DNA from: Callorhinchus milii
Taxonomy: Eukaryota
DNA length: 64,000 bases
Assembly: GCF_018977255.1 (NCBI RefSeq)
Contig: NW_024704742.1
Span: 73,596,001 to 73,660,000 of the forward strand
Reading direction: 5' to 3'
Below, one piece after another: positions 13,491 to 26,475 of this stretch; the stretch's first letter is position 1, and the number at the start of each line of letters is the position of its first letter. The notes below the pieces were generated by a model. That model made no database searches and was not told the DNA's origin. It was given only the letters and a program-made list of their open reading frames with translations. The position numbers and the translations under genes were made by a program.

Positions 13491-13949
13491 GTAGAGGTGT
13501 TTTTCACTGGGGAAAGAGTTTTCTGTGAGGAAACTACACGGCTTGTCACGAGGTGTCTGTCCTTGGTATCCCCTGTGGTGGCTGAGACAAGCTCTGATTG
13601 TCTGTACTGACAGTGAACCACAAAAAAACACACATACAGAGAGAGACACACACAAACAGAAAGAGATGCGCACACACAGATACAGAGAGACGCCCACTTC
13701 CCGCCCGCACCACCGATCCCAACATCCCCCACACTGTGACCGCAACACCCCCACACTTTGACCCCAACACCCCCCACACTGTTCACATGGGGCTGGAGCT
13801 GCTCCGCCGACAGCAGCGCACACAGAGGAGCTAAGACCTGAAGTCGAGCAAACAGAAACCCGGGCCCGAGCAAACTCCACTTTTACTGTTTTTCACGGAG
13901 AGTGTTGCATTTTTCTGTTGACTCAGGTTATTACACAGTTGCAATATGC

Positions 13950-14790
13950 CAGTGTTCACAATGGCAACCACACAGTTTTAATGGGGGTCAACCTCTTGCA
14001 GTTACATCCCTGCAACACACACTCTGGGGTTCCCCCAAACTCTGTTGGTGAGGACAGTGTCCCTGGAGTAACCTAAGAAGCTCAAGTGCAAGCAATGAGA
14101 AACACTTCCCACACTGTAGTTATCCGTAACACATGAAGCATCCAGAAACTCCCACAGGTTCCCACGCACTGGAGGCATCAGCTGTTCATCTATAACTAAT
14201 CCAATCCCTCCTTAAAGTGCCACAAATGCAATAACTATGTGACTTACCCAAGAGGTAGCCCAAAATCAGCACTAATTCCATGCTCATCACCGCTTTTACA
14301 CTTCAAAAAAATAGAAGTGGATTCCAGGCCCTGATGTAAGAACTCGAACCAGGTAACTCCTTACAGCAGCTGTTGCCCCAAGCCTCAGAGTTTCCTCATC
14401 AACTATCTGATGGACATCTGCCTTCAGTGTGGGAGAACCTTTACAGGACAGCTCATGACGTGCCAACCACCTTGATGTTCTCGAGGTAGGGCCAGTCCAG
14501 CGCTGTGCTTTCCATGCTTACTCAGCAAATAGACATACCTACCATGAAGCTGACTCCACTGTGAAATGGCTTCAGCCTGCAGGGCGCTCAGCAACAGGTC
14601 AGTGAAGCCTCCCTGCAGCCCCTTCTCTTGTTTATCTTAAATCAACCATACTGCTTGTTTCTGGACGTCTCTGCATTAGGTGGAAAAAAACATCCACTAC
14701 ATGCCCAGGAGCTTGGAACCATGAAGGAGCACTGTTATGTCGCACATCTGATATGCACTGGAAGCTGAAGTATGTGGAGGTGACCCTAAT
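13950..14790 (-). mobile_element. Decayed non-LTR retrotransposon, same family as 23930-25460
   Basis: 14341-14770 aligns by eye with 24358-24810, e.g. gccccaagcctcagagtttcctcatc and cctttacagga..ccaccttgatgttctcgag. Confidence 0.7.
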
Positions 14791-15824
14791 AATAATAATC
14801 TTTGCACAATGTCTCGAAGCTCTTCACAGAATTTACTGTGAAGTGGAGTGTGTGTATCTACAGGCAAATACAGCAACCCAATTGCTCACAGCAATGTCCC
14901 AGTCATGAAACAGTCATGAATTGAACGACAAATTGTATTTGGGGGATTGTTGGCCAGGACACCGAGAGAAACTCTTCTGTTTTTTTCCATTTAGCCAGTT
15001 ACTAATCACACTTCAATAATTGGCCATATGAGTGACTTTATTTTACAATAAGTATGATGCAGAAAAAATAATCAGTGGAATCAGCAATCTGAATTGATCA
15101 CAACATATGAGAAAATAATATGATAGATCTGTGACCAACAATCAGGAACGGCAAAACATGAGTTGCCTCAGGATGAGATCTTATATTCAGCAGGACACGT
15201 GCCTACAAATAGATCCAAGGTCATAAAGACACAATGCCTCTAATTGACCTTCCCACATGGGAGAATGGCAGTTTTCAGTCCAGTCCAGAAGTGATCGTTG
15301 AATGAATAACAAAAAATGTTGTGATATTTGTGGACAATGTAAGAACATTATTGGGGCTGAATTATTTTACACTGTAATTTTAATGATTCCACATCAGGAA
15401 GGTGGAAAATCCTCTCACCTCCACACCTCAGCTACACTCATATCTGGACATCCATAAGCATGTCAAGGGCCAGATGTTGAGATGACAACAGCACCAGTCA
15501 GTTGCAGGAAAAACATCTGCAAAAAATCTCTGCAAAACGAAAAACAGAGCAATAGATTAATGGCATCAGGAAGGTTTGCTATGGGTTGTGTGTAAAGGAT
15601 TAGATTATTGTTACTGCTCTTTTCCAACTAATTAACACAGAATTAAGACATTATCTTCTGCAGTTTAGGGGGTGTAATTTATTCCCAGTCATATTTTATT
15701 TCAACATTAAGATAAATTCAGCAAAACGTTTTTTTAAAAATTTAAAAATCAGTGGCAAGACAACAATTGACTAATAGCCTGAGAACACCAATTCATGACT
15801 AGGAGAGTGATGTTTTGTCAGTGA

Positions 15825-16105
15825 TGCTGTTAAATGTCAGGTGTTAAACCAAAGCCCATGACATCTGCCTGTTCAGGTGAACGGTGAAGATCTCATGGCA
15901 TTAGTCAAAAAGAGAAGAGAGTTTCTCTGGCCAACAATCCTCCAGATCAATCGGTCACTTCATGACTGTTTGTGGGTGCTTACTGTGCAGAAAGTGTCTG
16001 TCATGTTCGCAAACATCATCAATGTATTTGCCAGCAATTACCTGTCCAACTTACTTTGAAATATTTTGAAGTTGCAGGCCCTTTATAAAATGGAAGCATT
16101 ATTAC
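15825..16105 (+). mobile_element. SINE family B (Deu-domain/AmnSINE1-SacSINE-like) fragment
   Basis: tgttaaacc..ctgcctgttcaggtga..aagatctcatggca..gagaagagagtttctc domain followed by the shared SINE tail. Confidence 0.7.
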
Positions 16106-17659
16106 TTATATAGAGTATAAAACATTAAAAAACATACTGATTGAAAATATAAAAAAAGCATTATTTCCCAGGATCCACAAATGGTTAAATTCTGCTCATC
16201 CTACAATGCTGCAGTTTCCATGGAGTATGTTACTCATACATCAAATGAATAGAGTCCTCAGTGTCAGGCACAACACCCACTTTCTGATGACAAACACCGC
16301 CCACTGTTACCAGCCCATGACAGTGTCAAGCAATTCTGTCATTACAAACAATGAGTTCAGTTTTACAGTATTTTCTTAACAGCAATTTTAAATAAATATA
16401 TTAAGGAGTAAAATTCTCAGTAGTTTCTTAACTCATTCCTTGTTTGAAGACACGGGTTAAGAAAACAAATTTCTTCCTATAACTCAGTTAGGATCACTGT
16501 TCCTCAGCCAAAATTTACCTGTACTCATTACCTGCTCGCAGCCTCCAATCCCACACAGCCGACTACTTGAATCCCTGAGTTAAAACTCTGTATTTGAAAT
16601 TAAAACTGCTCTGAGGGTATACATTATGAAATGACTATATAAAGTTAGCTTCCTTTATTTTCTCACCAGCAAAGCGACCAGGTAATCTGGAGGAATGCTG
16701 CATTGGAGATAAGAACAGCACTCTGAGTGCAATCAAGTCTGTTTAAAGAACAATAATAATCCAGGCACTTCACAGGATTTAAAGTGAAGTAAAGTGACTG
16801 TATATTTGTAGATGAATGCTGCAGCCAATTAGCACACAGCAATGTCCCACCAACAACCACAAAGTGAATGATCAATGTTATCTGGAGGAAACGCCACTCT
16901 CTGATGATGCAATGGTTCTAATTGAGTAATTGGAACACTTTTACAGGCATTTTGTAATCTTTCTTGCTTTAGTAACACAACGAATGAGATATGACACATC
17001 ATAAATTGTACTTCTAGGTTGTGTTGCTAGTCTGTGGGAACAACACTTCAACTTAATCCATTTGCAAATTAGAGTTCCCTTGAGTCAGCATGAAGGGCAT
17101 GACACATTTGATTAATGGAAGGATCCCCTGCTCAGACTTATTAATTATGAAATCCTGTGATGAATTGCTGCAAAATTAGAACCATAGAAATTTATAGCAC
17201 GGACGGCCATTCGGCCCATTGTGTCAAAAAGTGTAGTGCATCGTCAGTGTGAATCAGGCGGATGTTTCAAAGTGCATCTTTAGTGTGAGTCAGGCGGATG
17301 TTTCAAAGTGCTTCACAGGATATACTGTAAAGTGTAAACGACTGTGCATTTTGTACGAGATTGCTGTCCAGATCATCGAAAGAAACTACCTTTTCATTTT
17401 GCATAGTGCCGCAGGATCTTTAATGTCCAACTGAATGGGCCAACTGGCAAATGTCCCTCAGTGTAATATTCCACCTGTGGACAGCACCTCCGACAGCATT
17501 GAAATGTCATCTTAGAATATATGAGTTCATATATATACATGTAGTTTACCCACAAAACACAGTCACTAGACTTCACAGTGTATCCTGTGAACCACATTGA
17601 GATGTCCTCCTGATGTGAAACGATGTAATGATTATTATTATGTAAAATTGTGTGATCGC

Positions 17660-18965
17660 AATGGTGCCTCGACCCCCTCCCCACCAACTTAATGGTCACT
17701 CAGCTCCCCCTCCTCTGCCCACAAATGGTTGACATCATTAACCAGTCCCTTTCCTCTGGATCAATCCCTGCCACACTCAAAACTGCTGTCATCACCCGCC
17801 TCCTGAAAAAACCCTCCCTAGATCCCGCAAAAACCCGGCCATTACAGCCCCATTTCTAACCTGCCCTTTCTCTCAAAAGTTCTAGAACGCGTCATTGCCA
17901 ACCAACTTCACGCACACCTCTCCTCCCATTCCCTCTTCGAACCCCTCCAGTCCGGTTCCACCCTGCCCACAGTACAGAGACTGCGCTTGTGAAAGTCACA
18001 AACAACATCCTCTCTATCTGTGACCAGGACGCCCTCTGCCTCCTTGTCCTCCTGGACCTCTCCGCGCCGTTCGACACAGTCGATCACGCCATCCTCCTCC
18101 ACCACCTTTCCTCCGTCATCACTTCAGTGGGACTGCACTCGCGTGGTTCGAGTCCTACCTCACAAATCACCAGAAGTACATCTGCACAAACGGCTTCTCC
18201 TGCCTGTCAGATCTCAGGGGCTGGATGAGCGCAAATTTCCTTCAGCTGAATGTTGACAAGACGGAAGCCATACTCTTTGGCTCTTGTCAACGTCTAAAAT
18301 CTCACGGCTCTCACCTTCTCCACCTATCCGACCTCCCTCTAAAACTCTCCTAACCCGTACGCAACCTAGGCGTCAGGTTCGACCTCCAATTATCCTTCCT
18401 CCCCCACATCCAGTCCCTCACCAGCACTGCTTTCTTCCACCTCCGACGCACTGCCTGTCTCCGCCAATACTTCACTCCAAAAGTCACTGAAACCTTGGTC
18501 CATGCCTTTGTCACATCTCGACTGAACTACTCTAATGCCCTCCTCGCTGGTCTCCCATCCACTACCAGGATCGACTTCAAGATCCTCAGCCTCGTATTCA
18601 AGTCCCTGCAGTCCTCTGCACCCCCCTACCTCTCTGACCTCCTCTCTCCTCAAAACAGTGCCTGTTGCCTTCGTTCCTCCGGGTCTGGCCTCCTCCTCGT
18701 CCCCTGAGTCCTTCACTCCACCCTCGGTGGCCGTGCCTTCAGCCACTATGCCCCGAGGCTCTGGAACTGTCTTCCTCACTCCTTTCGCCTTCTTCCCTCC
18801 CTTCCCATTGTCAGGTCTCTGCTGAAGACCTTTCTTTTCGACCGCGCCTTTGGTCACCTTCCTCCCCCTCCCCCTGGCTCGGTCCCGGGATCCGTTACTG
18901 TGAAGCGCTCTGAGACGCCGTCCGGCGTGGAGGGTGCTATATAAATCTAAGTTGTTTTGTTGTTG
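17660..18965 (+). mobile_element. L2 LINE, 5'-truncated and internally deleted
   Basis: ORF 17989-18228 [28 protein letters not shown] 18495-18707; tail gtgaagcgctctgagacgcc..ctatataaatctaagttgttt. Confidence 0.9.
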
Positions 18966-19244
18966 GAATAAATCTGATGTAGGATTCAATTACGTTACCA
19001 GTCAACCTGTCAGGATACTCTTGTGCCTGATCACAGGAAGGCCTCAATAATATTATGTGATCAATACTTATTATTGCCTAGATAGGAATGAGATTTTTAA
19101 TACAGACTAAAGGTGTCATATATTCATTTCAGAATTGCAGTTTTAAAGAATATTTGGTGGTGAATCATTTCCTGTGAACATTGAGGTGGTTTTAGCAGTA
19201 AGTGTGCAAACACAGCATGTTTATTGAGCAGGGTAGAAGATTAA

Positions 19245-19650
19245 ATAATGATAATCCTTGCATTTGATATAGCGCATCTCAAAGTTCTTCATTGTCAATA
19301 ATCCTGCTGGAAACATTCACTTGTGTATTTGGTGAAGAACGGAGCAGCCAATTTGCACACAAGAATGTCCCATAAACAGCCATTATATGAATGACCATTT
19401 TTATCTGTGGGATTGTTGGCCAGGATACCGGGGAAAACTCCCTTCTCTTTTCAAATAGTACTATGGGATCTTTAATGTCCACCCAAACAGACAGATGTTA
19501 AAGACCTCAATCTAACATTTCGATGGCACCTCTGGCTATCTAGTGCTTTCCTAGGACTGTACTGGAATGTCAACCGAGACTGTGAGCTAAACATCCCAAC
19601 GTGAGCCTTGAACCCATAACCTTCTAATTCACGAAAGAGTACCACTGCTG
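19245..19650 (-). mobile_element. SINE family B (Deu-domain-like)
   Basis: Reverse complement of gtggacattaaagatcccatagtactatttgaaaagagaagggagttttccccggtatcctggccaac; B-box-like gggttcaag near 19606-19615. Confidence 0.75.
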
Positions 19651-21074
19651 AAATTTAGAGGATTATACACACATACAACACAATCTGGTTCCTGAGCCAG
19701 GCATGTCCACAGTACTACAAGATATTCTTGATGACTTACCAGACAGCACAGCTCATGAGCCTGCCTTAGAGGAGCAGATTGATCCCTGGGAGCAGGGATT
19801 TATCCCACTTGACTCTTTTTAACACTGCAAGGCAAATCCTTAAGGGATAGGGTGGTCCAACCCTGGGTTCACAGCTTAAGCTGGTTACACTTCAGTAATA
19901 ACCCAACACTCTAGGGACAAGACTTGGCAAGAAAGAATACACACAGCAAATTAAAATTTCCATGCAAATCTGAAACTCTGGTTTGGTTTGTAAACATGGT
20001 AATGGGTTTCTCATGTCAGACACCCGATTAACCCAAAATACACATCCTATCCCTCAATGTTTGATGCTCATGTGATTCTGAGAAAGCAGCACTCAGAGAT
20101 AGTATCTGCTATGGCCCCAGTGTCCTCTCCATTAACTCAGTACTTTTCTCCATTAATGTCCCTTGTAACCTCTCCCACTAACACCTCTGCCATTTACCCC
20201 AATACCCGAGCACATATTGATTGTTTTCCAAGATCATTAATTCTGTTTCCCACCTCAAGGTTTACTTTCAGTTTCTTTTCTCCCTCGCCCCCATTCCATC
20301 CTCAATTTTAATTTTGTTTGTTAAATGAATACATAACATGGCTGCATTTGCCTAAATAACATTCACTTTATTTTCTAACAAATTATAATTCATGAAGAGA
20401 TTTGAGATAATTATTCTATGTGAAAAGTAGTACATGAATGCAAGTTATTATTAGCAAATGACTTAACGAAGAGTGTCACGTAGAAACTGTGTGCAGTGAT
20501 CTGTAACAAATCTTGGCTGCTTCTGTTGGGACTTTACTAATTTGTGATCATGGTGATTCCTGGTATTGAACATATGGCACATGATAGTGCGGGCATCTCC
20601 TGGCAAATGAAAGTGCACAGATGAAGCTTTTACCATTCTCATCACCCTTTGCTTCTTATTCCTGAGTTACTTTTCTATCCAACTGGCTCATTTATCACTA
20701 TTTTCGTGGGATTTATTAACCTTCATTGAAAGCCTCATATGTGGACCTCTATCCAATGCCTACTGAGAAATTCAAATGAATAATAATACACTTTCATAGC
20801 TTTCATCCTTCATGTTCATCCTTCCCAAAGAATTGTCAAGCACTTTGGGACATCCTCCATCATAAAATGAGCTATGTAAGTTTAAGTAGTTGTATTTAAA
20901 TACTTCTTCAAAGAATTCCAGATTTGTAAGGAGTGATTCATTGCATTTCAATATATTTGTAACTACAGTATTTGTGTAAATTGAATCCGGAGTAACTGTG
21001 ACCCACTGAGTCACAATAACAGCTTCAGCCTGTTAAAACATCTATTTTCTAATAAAAAGCCTTGAAAAGGTGGA

Positions 21075-21395
21075 TTTGTGTAGCTTAGTAGTTAGTGCAC
21101 TCACCTGACAAGCGAAAAGACCTGAGTTCGATTCCCAGGCAGGGCCAAACCTCAGGCAAGTTTCCTTACTCCACAGGCCTCTGTTTACCTAGCAGTAAGT
21201 AGGAACCCGGTTGTTAGTCGATTGGCAGATTGCTTTCAATCCACAACTGTTTATGGACACTGTTGGGTGCAATTGGCTCCTGCGTTTCGCCCACAAAATA
21301 CAGTCAATCCACTTTTACAGTATATTTTGTGAAGCGCTTTGACATGTCTCAATGACATGATAAGCCACTATAACAAATGGAAGGATTGTTAATGT
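21075..21395 (+). mobile_element. tRNA-type SINE family A, near full length
   Basis: A-box-like tagcttagtagtt (21081) and B-box gagttcgattccc (21124), then a MIR-CORE-like segment ggcaagtttccttactccac.ggcctctgtttacctagcagtaagtagg and the shared tail. Confidence 0.85.
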
Positions 21396-22079
21396 TATGT
21401 TGGAAGGGAAGGATTTCCTTTCACATCAGACCCTTTTCGAAGGAATTCATCTCCTACTGCTCTCTTATTGCTGCAACCAGACACTGAAGGAATACGGTGG
21501 TGGGTGGATGAGACATCAAGATCTGCTGTTGGGAGGTTGGGAAATCAGACCTGTGTCAGAGCTCCCTTGATGTCTCCCAGCAGGAAGAACAGATTCCTTT
21601 TTCATTCAAACAGGGAGTCAGCAAGCTAACACATATGTTCTCATTCACTTTTAAACCTACAACAGAATGAGTAAATCAAAATAGATCATTACGTCACTTA
21701 CAAGTGATAGCACAATGGCAGCAAAATGGACAACATCAAAATATCACTTCATTTCTGACAGCACAAATAGTCAATTCTGTCACATGGTTATTCATCCAAA
21801 CGGTCTGTTAGTTACTGTTAGTTTGTTCGACTTCTGATGTCTGCAAGAGCAACTGGACAGATTATTACCAAGCGTAGCAGTGTTGGAAATCATTGAAGGA
21901 AAAAGGGCCGCTCAGGCTGACTGACAGGCTATCCTGTGACAGAGGATTTGTTTACCTAACCCATTCTAGAGTAAAATTAGAGGTATTAGGATAAGTGTAA
22001 ATTATTGCAAAATGTGCAACATGCGATGTTTCATGTGAAGTAGCATTGCAGGATTTATACTAAACATAGTGTAATAAAT

Positions 22080-22505
22080 AGGCCTGCATCAAGCTCCATG
22101 AGCCTATTACCCATGTCCTCACCCAGCTTCAATGGCTCCCCATCCCTCAAAGTTTTGCGCCTCCCAAACTTTGCAACCTGCTTAAATCTTACCAACCTGC
22201 CCATTCTCTCCACTCACTAGCCTGCTCCACATCCGGAACTCTCTCCCCCGAAAGGCTGTGGATGCTGGATCAATTTAATTTTTCAAGACTGAGGTTGTTA
22301 GATTGTTGTTAGGTAAGGGTATCAAAAGATATGGAGCAAAGCCGGTTGTGGAGTTGAAGTACAGATCAGCCATGATCTAATAGAATGTTGGAACAGGCTT
22401 GAGGGGTTGAATGGCCTACTCCTGTTCCTATTTCTCCCACCCTGCCTGCCCCCCATCGGCGATTGGGACTTCAGCCTTTCTGCTACTACCTTCTGGAACG
22501 TCAGC
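22080..22505 (+). mobile_element. L2 3' relic with a nested CR1 3'-end fragment (~22232-22433)
   Basis: L2 sequence (tggctccccatccctcaa...ccatcggcgattgggacttcagcc) is interrupted by a CR1 tail ending gatcagccatgatct..gaatggcctactcctgttcctatttct. Confidence 0.75.
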
Positions 22506-22689
22506 AGAGCAGGTAAACAGTCTAACCACAGGAAACATCAGCTCCCTGATCTGCTTCTCTCCTCTGTTTCCCAGGAAAGGAACATATATTGTACCTCTCT
22601 AAGCTCTTCTGGAGCAGTTCAGCTGCAAGTAGACCCCTCTTACCTCGCCACTAAGGAGGATAGTCACTCGTTAGTTATTTGATATCAAA

Positions 22690-22950
22690 CAGGCCTGTCT
22701 GCTACACGAGGTGGATGACAGGTACTAGGAACTCCCTGCGAGCAACACAGCTTAGCATGAATATCACTTAGCACAGCTTAGTATGAGAGCATTGCCACTA
22801 TCCTCCTGCCCACAGCTTGGACATGCATCCCTTCCCATTGAGTGACAGTTCCAGCAATTGGAGGTGTGGAGCTTGAGGAGCAGCTGCTTACCTCTCTGCT
22901 CACAGATCAACAAATCACTCGTTCATGGATTGTGCACAAACTGACTGTCA
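22690..22950 (-). mobile_element. Decayed non-LTR retrotransposon, same family as 23930-25460 (zinc-knuckle region)
   Basis: Aligns with 24100-24310; minus strand reads DACPSCGQEDSGNALILSC. Confidence 0.7.
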
Positions 22951-23579
22951 CCGTGGCCAAAACCAATCCTTATATGTGCCAGTAATTACTGTCAAGTGTT
23001 TTGGAATGTTTATAGATGTTATTGAAATGGAAATTCTTTATCTAGTTCCAGCCTTAGAGGCAAAAATTACAAAAGGATTGAATTACAAAATGGATTGCAG
23101 AGAATACAATACAATTTACAATAGCCTTGCTCTATATAAGTCTAAATCCTTGACTGTCCAGCATCTTGGAACATCCTCCCGATGTAAAAGGTGCTTTTCA
23201 AATGTAATTTGTTGTTGTGTTGTTCATTGGGAGGACATCTCAAAGCTGTTAAATTGTACCTGGTTGCTTCAGTGAAAGAGACCTTTCAGTATTTTGTGTT
23301 TCGGCTTTTCATTGGCTATAAAACTAGATGGTGGAGGACAGGACACGATCTGGGGAGTTCTGGATGAATATATGTTTGTTTAAGGTGAAATCTGGGAATC
23401 TAGTGAGGGGCGTGATGCAGCAATCTATCTTTGAGGTGATGATGAAGGCATGATCCTTATCAGTGATGGTGAGATAGAGGCACAGGCATGAAATATTCCA
23501 GAGGTGGAAAATGCCAGTCCAGTTGAGGATCAGATGTGGGACATTAAACTCAGCCAGGGTCAGGGTTGCCCCCATCCTG

Positions 23580-23930
23580 CTTACAACAACAACAACAAGA
23601 TTCCATTTATAGAGCGCCTTTCAAGTCGGGAGGTCCCAAGGTGCTGTACAGTTGGGTCGGGACCCGAGCAGCGGGGGAAATGGTCAGGGGGAGGGGAGGG
23701 AAGGGAGGGAGCGAGGAGGGGGAAATGGTCAGGGTGAGGGGAGGGAAGGGAGGGAGCGAGGAGGGGGGAAATGTTCAGGGTGAGGGGAGGGAAGGGAGGG
23801 AGCGAGGAGGGGGTAGAGAGTCGAGAGGGGAGCTGAAGGCACGGTCAAAGAGAAAGGTCTTGAGACTGGCCTTGAAGGAGGAAAGGGAGGAAGCAAGGCC
23901 AAGGCACTGGGGGATAGAGTTCCAGAGCCA
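23580..23930 (-). mobile_element. L2 3'-end fragment, same subfamily as 48038 and 58840
   Basis: (CAA)n tail and caagattccatttatagagcgcc; internal tandem expansion of a ~44-bp G-rich unit. Confidence 0.85.
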
Positions 23931-25460
23931 CCTAATTCTGGAAAGGATTAGGTGCAGGTTGGCAAGAGCCAAGGCTGGGGAACCACAGAGTGTGGGGTAT
24001 TGCTGGAATCTATCCAGCTAAAACTGCATAGCTTGCCATTGATATTGCTGTGTTGAAAGCTTTTCCACTGCTTGTCCAGCTAGGTTCACCCTATCCGTTA
24101 GGGCTTTGCCTTACAGGATTAACAGGAGATACGTGGAAAGAAACTCCCTGTGAGCTTCCCGGTGGGCAACGCATCTCAGTATGAAATACATGATAGCATT
24201 GCCAGCATCTTCCTGTCCACAACTCGGGCACACATCCCTTGCCATTGAGCGATGCTTTCACCAATTGGAGGTGTGGAGTTCAAGCATTAGCTGCTTGCCT
24301 CTCTACAGGTCAATCAAGGTGGAATCCAGGAGCTGGATGTACAAATGTGTGTTCACTAACTCGGACTCCAGGTAATGCTTTCCAGCACCTGTCGCCCCAA
24401 GCCTCAGAGTTTCCTCATCAGCTATTTGGTGAGCATCTGGCTTCAGTATGGTGGGAGGACCTTTACAGGATAGCTTGTGTCATGCCAGCCACCTTGATGT
24501 TCTCGAGTCCAATGCTGCGAATCAGGCTTACTCAGCATCAGCTGCTTAATTTAGGTCCTTATGTGGGGGGCCTTGGCAAATAGACATGCCGGCTATGAAG
24601 TCACCTCCGCTTAGCAACAGGTCAGTGTTGGCTGGAGCCCTCTCTCCCTTTAGCCGCTTCCCGTGTTTGCTACAAATCCACCTCACTGCTTGATCCTAGA
24701 CTTTGTAAATAGGTTGGAGGAAGTCTTTCTGCTGCTTCCCCAGGAGGTCAGATCCATGAAGGAAGACTGTTTGCACACAGGTCTTGTATACCACAAGACT
24801 GACCTGCATTAAGACCTTGCTGTCCTTGAAGAGTGATGAACACGACCAGAATCCCCTTGCGCCTTTTCAGGGCGGTCCTTCAGGGCAGTGTCCAGGCTGA
24901 AGTTGATGATCCCGAGATACCGATAAAAGTTAACAATTGGGACTGATGCCCTTTGGATCTTCCAATCAATTCCCTCAATGTCTTCCGTTGAGCCGTACAG
25001 GACCAGGATTCCGCACTTGGTGGCACCGACCACCATGTCCCACTGGTTGTCCAGTGTTCAAAATGGTGAGTGCAATGCAGAAGATCCCCAGGTGAGTCCG
25101 CCTCAGCGTAATAGCATCCTCAATCACAAGCACCGCAATCCTGTCAGAGAGGCCTGGAACAGATACACCAAGTCCTTCCCCTTTAATGCCATCCAACACA
25201 TCGTTGATGAAAACATCAAACAAGGTGGGTGACAATGGGCAGCCCTGCCTTACCCTCTTTCCAGATGGATGTGCTCACTGTCGATCCTGACATGGATCTT
25301 GGAGCTGGAGTACACATACCTTAAAATCCAGGATTCGGCCATGTACACCCATGGCTACTAGTTTCATCATGAGAGTCTCATGCGGTACTAGGTTGAAAGT
25401 CTTGCGAAAGTTGATGAACACAATGTAGATGGGTTTCCCCTCAGCCCTATGACATTCTGC
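23930..25460 (-). mobile_element. Decayed non-LTR retrotransposon ORF2 (RT plus C-terminal CCHC-like knuckle), not L2 or CR1; clade unassigned
   Basis: Minus-strand peptides YIVFINFRKTFNLVPHETLMMKL, RQGCPLSPTLFDVFINDVLDG..GVSVPGLSDRIAVLVIEDAITL, MVVGATKCGIL..VPIVNFYRYLGI, and CPSCGQEDAGNAIMYFILRC near 24170-24235. Confidence 0.8.
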
Positions 25461-25463
25461 GAG

Positions 25464-25657
25464 AAGGAGTGTGAGAGAGAGGAGTGTTAAAGAGAGGAGT
25501 GTGAGAGAGAGGAGTGTGAGAGAGAGGAGTGTGAGAGTTAGAGAGAGGAGTGTGAGAGTTAGAGAGAGGAGTGGGAGAGAGAGAAGAGTGGGAGAGAGGG
25601 GAGTGGGAGAGAGGGGAGTGGGAGAGAGAGGAGTGTTAGAGAGGGGAGTGGGAGAGA
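25464..25657 (+). repeat. Purine-rich minisatellite, ~15-bp unit (GAGAGGAGTGTGAGA)n
   Basis: Directly visible tandem array. Confidence 0.9.
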
Positions 25658-26171
25658 AATGGCACAGTCTCATCACTCTCGCACTGATGAGAGTGTGCAA
25701 TCTCTCTCAGCGTGTCAGAGAGAGAAGGAGCATGCCCCATCTCCCTCTGGCTTGCTGGGGTTGGTGCTGTAGTTGGGATGAGAAAGGTGGAGACCTTGGC
25801 TTGGTCCACGATTCATGGTGTTCATGGCTGGCCCCAGGTTGGTTAATGCCTAGAGCAGGGGGGGATTGAAAGTGTTTGGGTGTGTAAGAGGGCTGACAGG
25901 ACCACCCATAAGCTCAGGTGTCTGCACCGCACCCCTCCGCAGTTGTGTTGTGGGTTTCCCTTGCCCGAGATTCAACCTGTTTTACAGTGTGAATCTTCAT
26001 GTATCTGTATCTGCTGGGCTCAGGGATCCATGCTACACTTTATGAAAATATTTTATTAAATATTTATAATTGATGAAAATACTCAAGGTGTTTTCCCCAT
26101 TGCAAGATGTTAGACTGCTTGGTCCTCAGTTCCCAGGTTCACCTTTTCGACCATTAAGATCTTTTTAATCT

Positions 26172-26475
26172 TCATTTGGATGAGATGTTAAACCGAGGAC
26201 CTGTTTGTCTGTTCAGATGGATATTAAAGTTCCCATGGCACAATCCAAAAAGAGAAGGGAATTTTTCCTGGTGTCCTGGGCAACAATCCCCCAGATAAAA
26301 TTGATCACTCGATCCACGACTGTTTGTGGGACATTGCTGGCTGCAATTGGCTGCCATATATAGCCCACAAAATACACAATCAATTCACTTTACAGTATAT
26401 CCTGTGTAATATTTTGAGATGTCTCGACAACATGATAAGGTACTCTAACAAGTGCAAGGATTATTATTATTATTA
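26172..26475 (-). mobile_element. SINE family B/A-type fragments (Deu-like domain and shared tail; lies on + as written)
   Basis: ggatgagatgttaaaccgaggacctgtttgtctgttcagatggatattaaagttcccatggcac, then tttgtgggacattgct..caattcactttacagtatatcctgtg..tgcaaggattattattatt. Strand assignment tentative. Confidence 0.5.

Noticed and set aside
17245..17312. ~36-bp tandem duplication (also a 19-bp duplication at ~62965-63005 and a 9-bp palindrome at 31732-31750)
   Set aside because: Ordinary slippage or small palindromes with no further structure.
21080..21145. tRNA gene
   Set aside because: The A and B boxes belong to a SINE head continuing into a multi-copy body; no full cloverleaf evident.
21510..21576. 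11-bp inverted repeat gagacatcaag/cttgatgtctc as a possible pre-miRNA
   Set aside because: Stem too short and loop too long; no known miRNA recognised.
25275..25869. Repetitive ORFs (LSLTL / RERSV)
   Set aside because: Translation of the 15-bp minisatellite; only the YIVFINFRK part is genuine RT relic.
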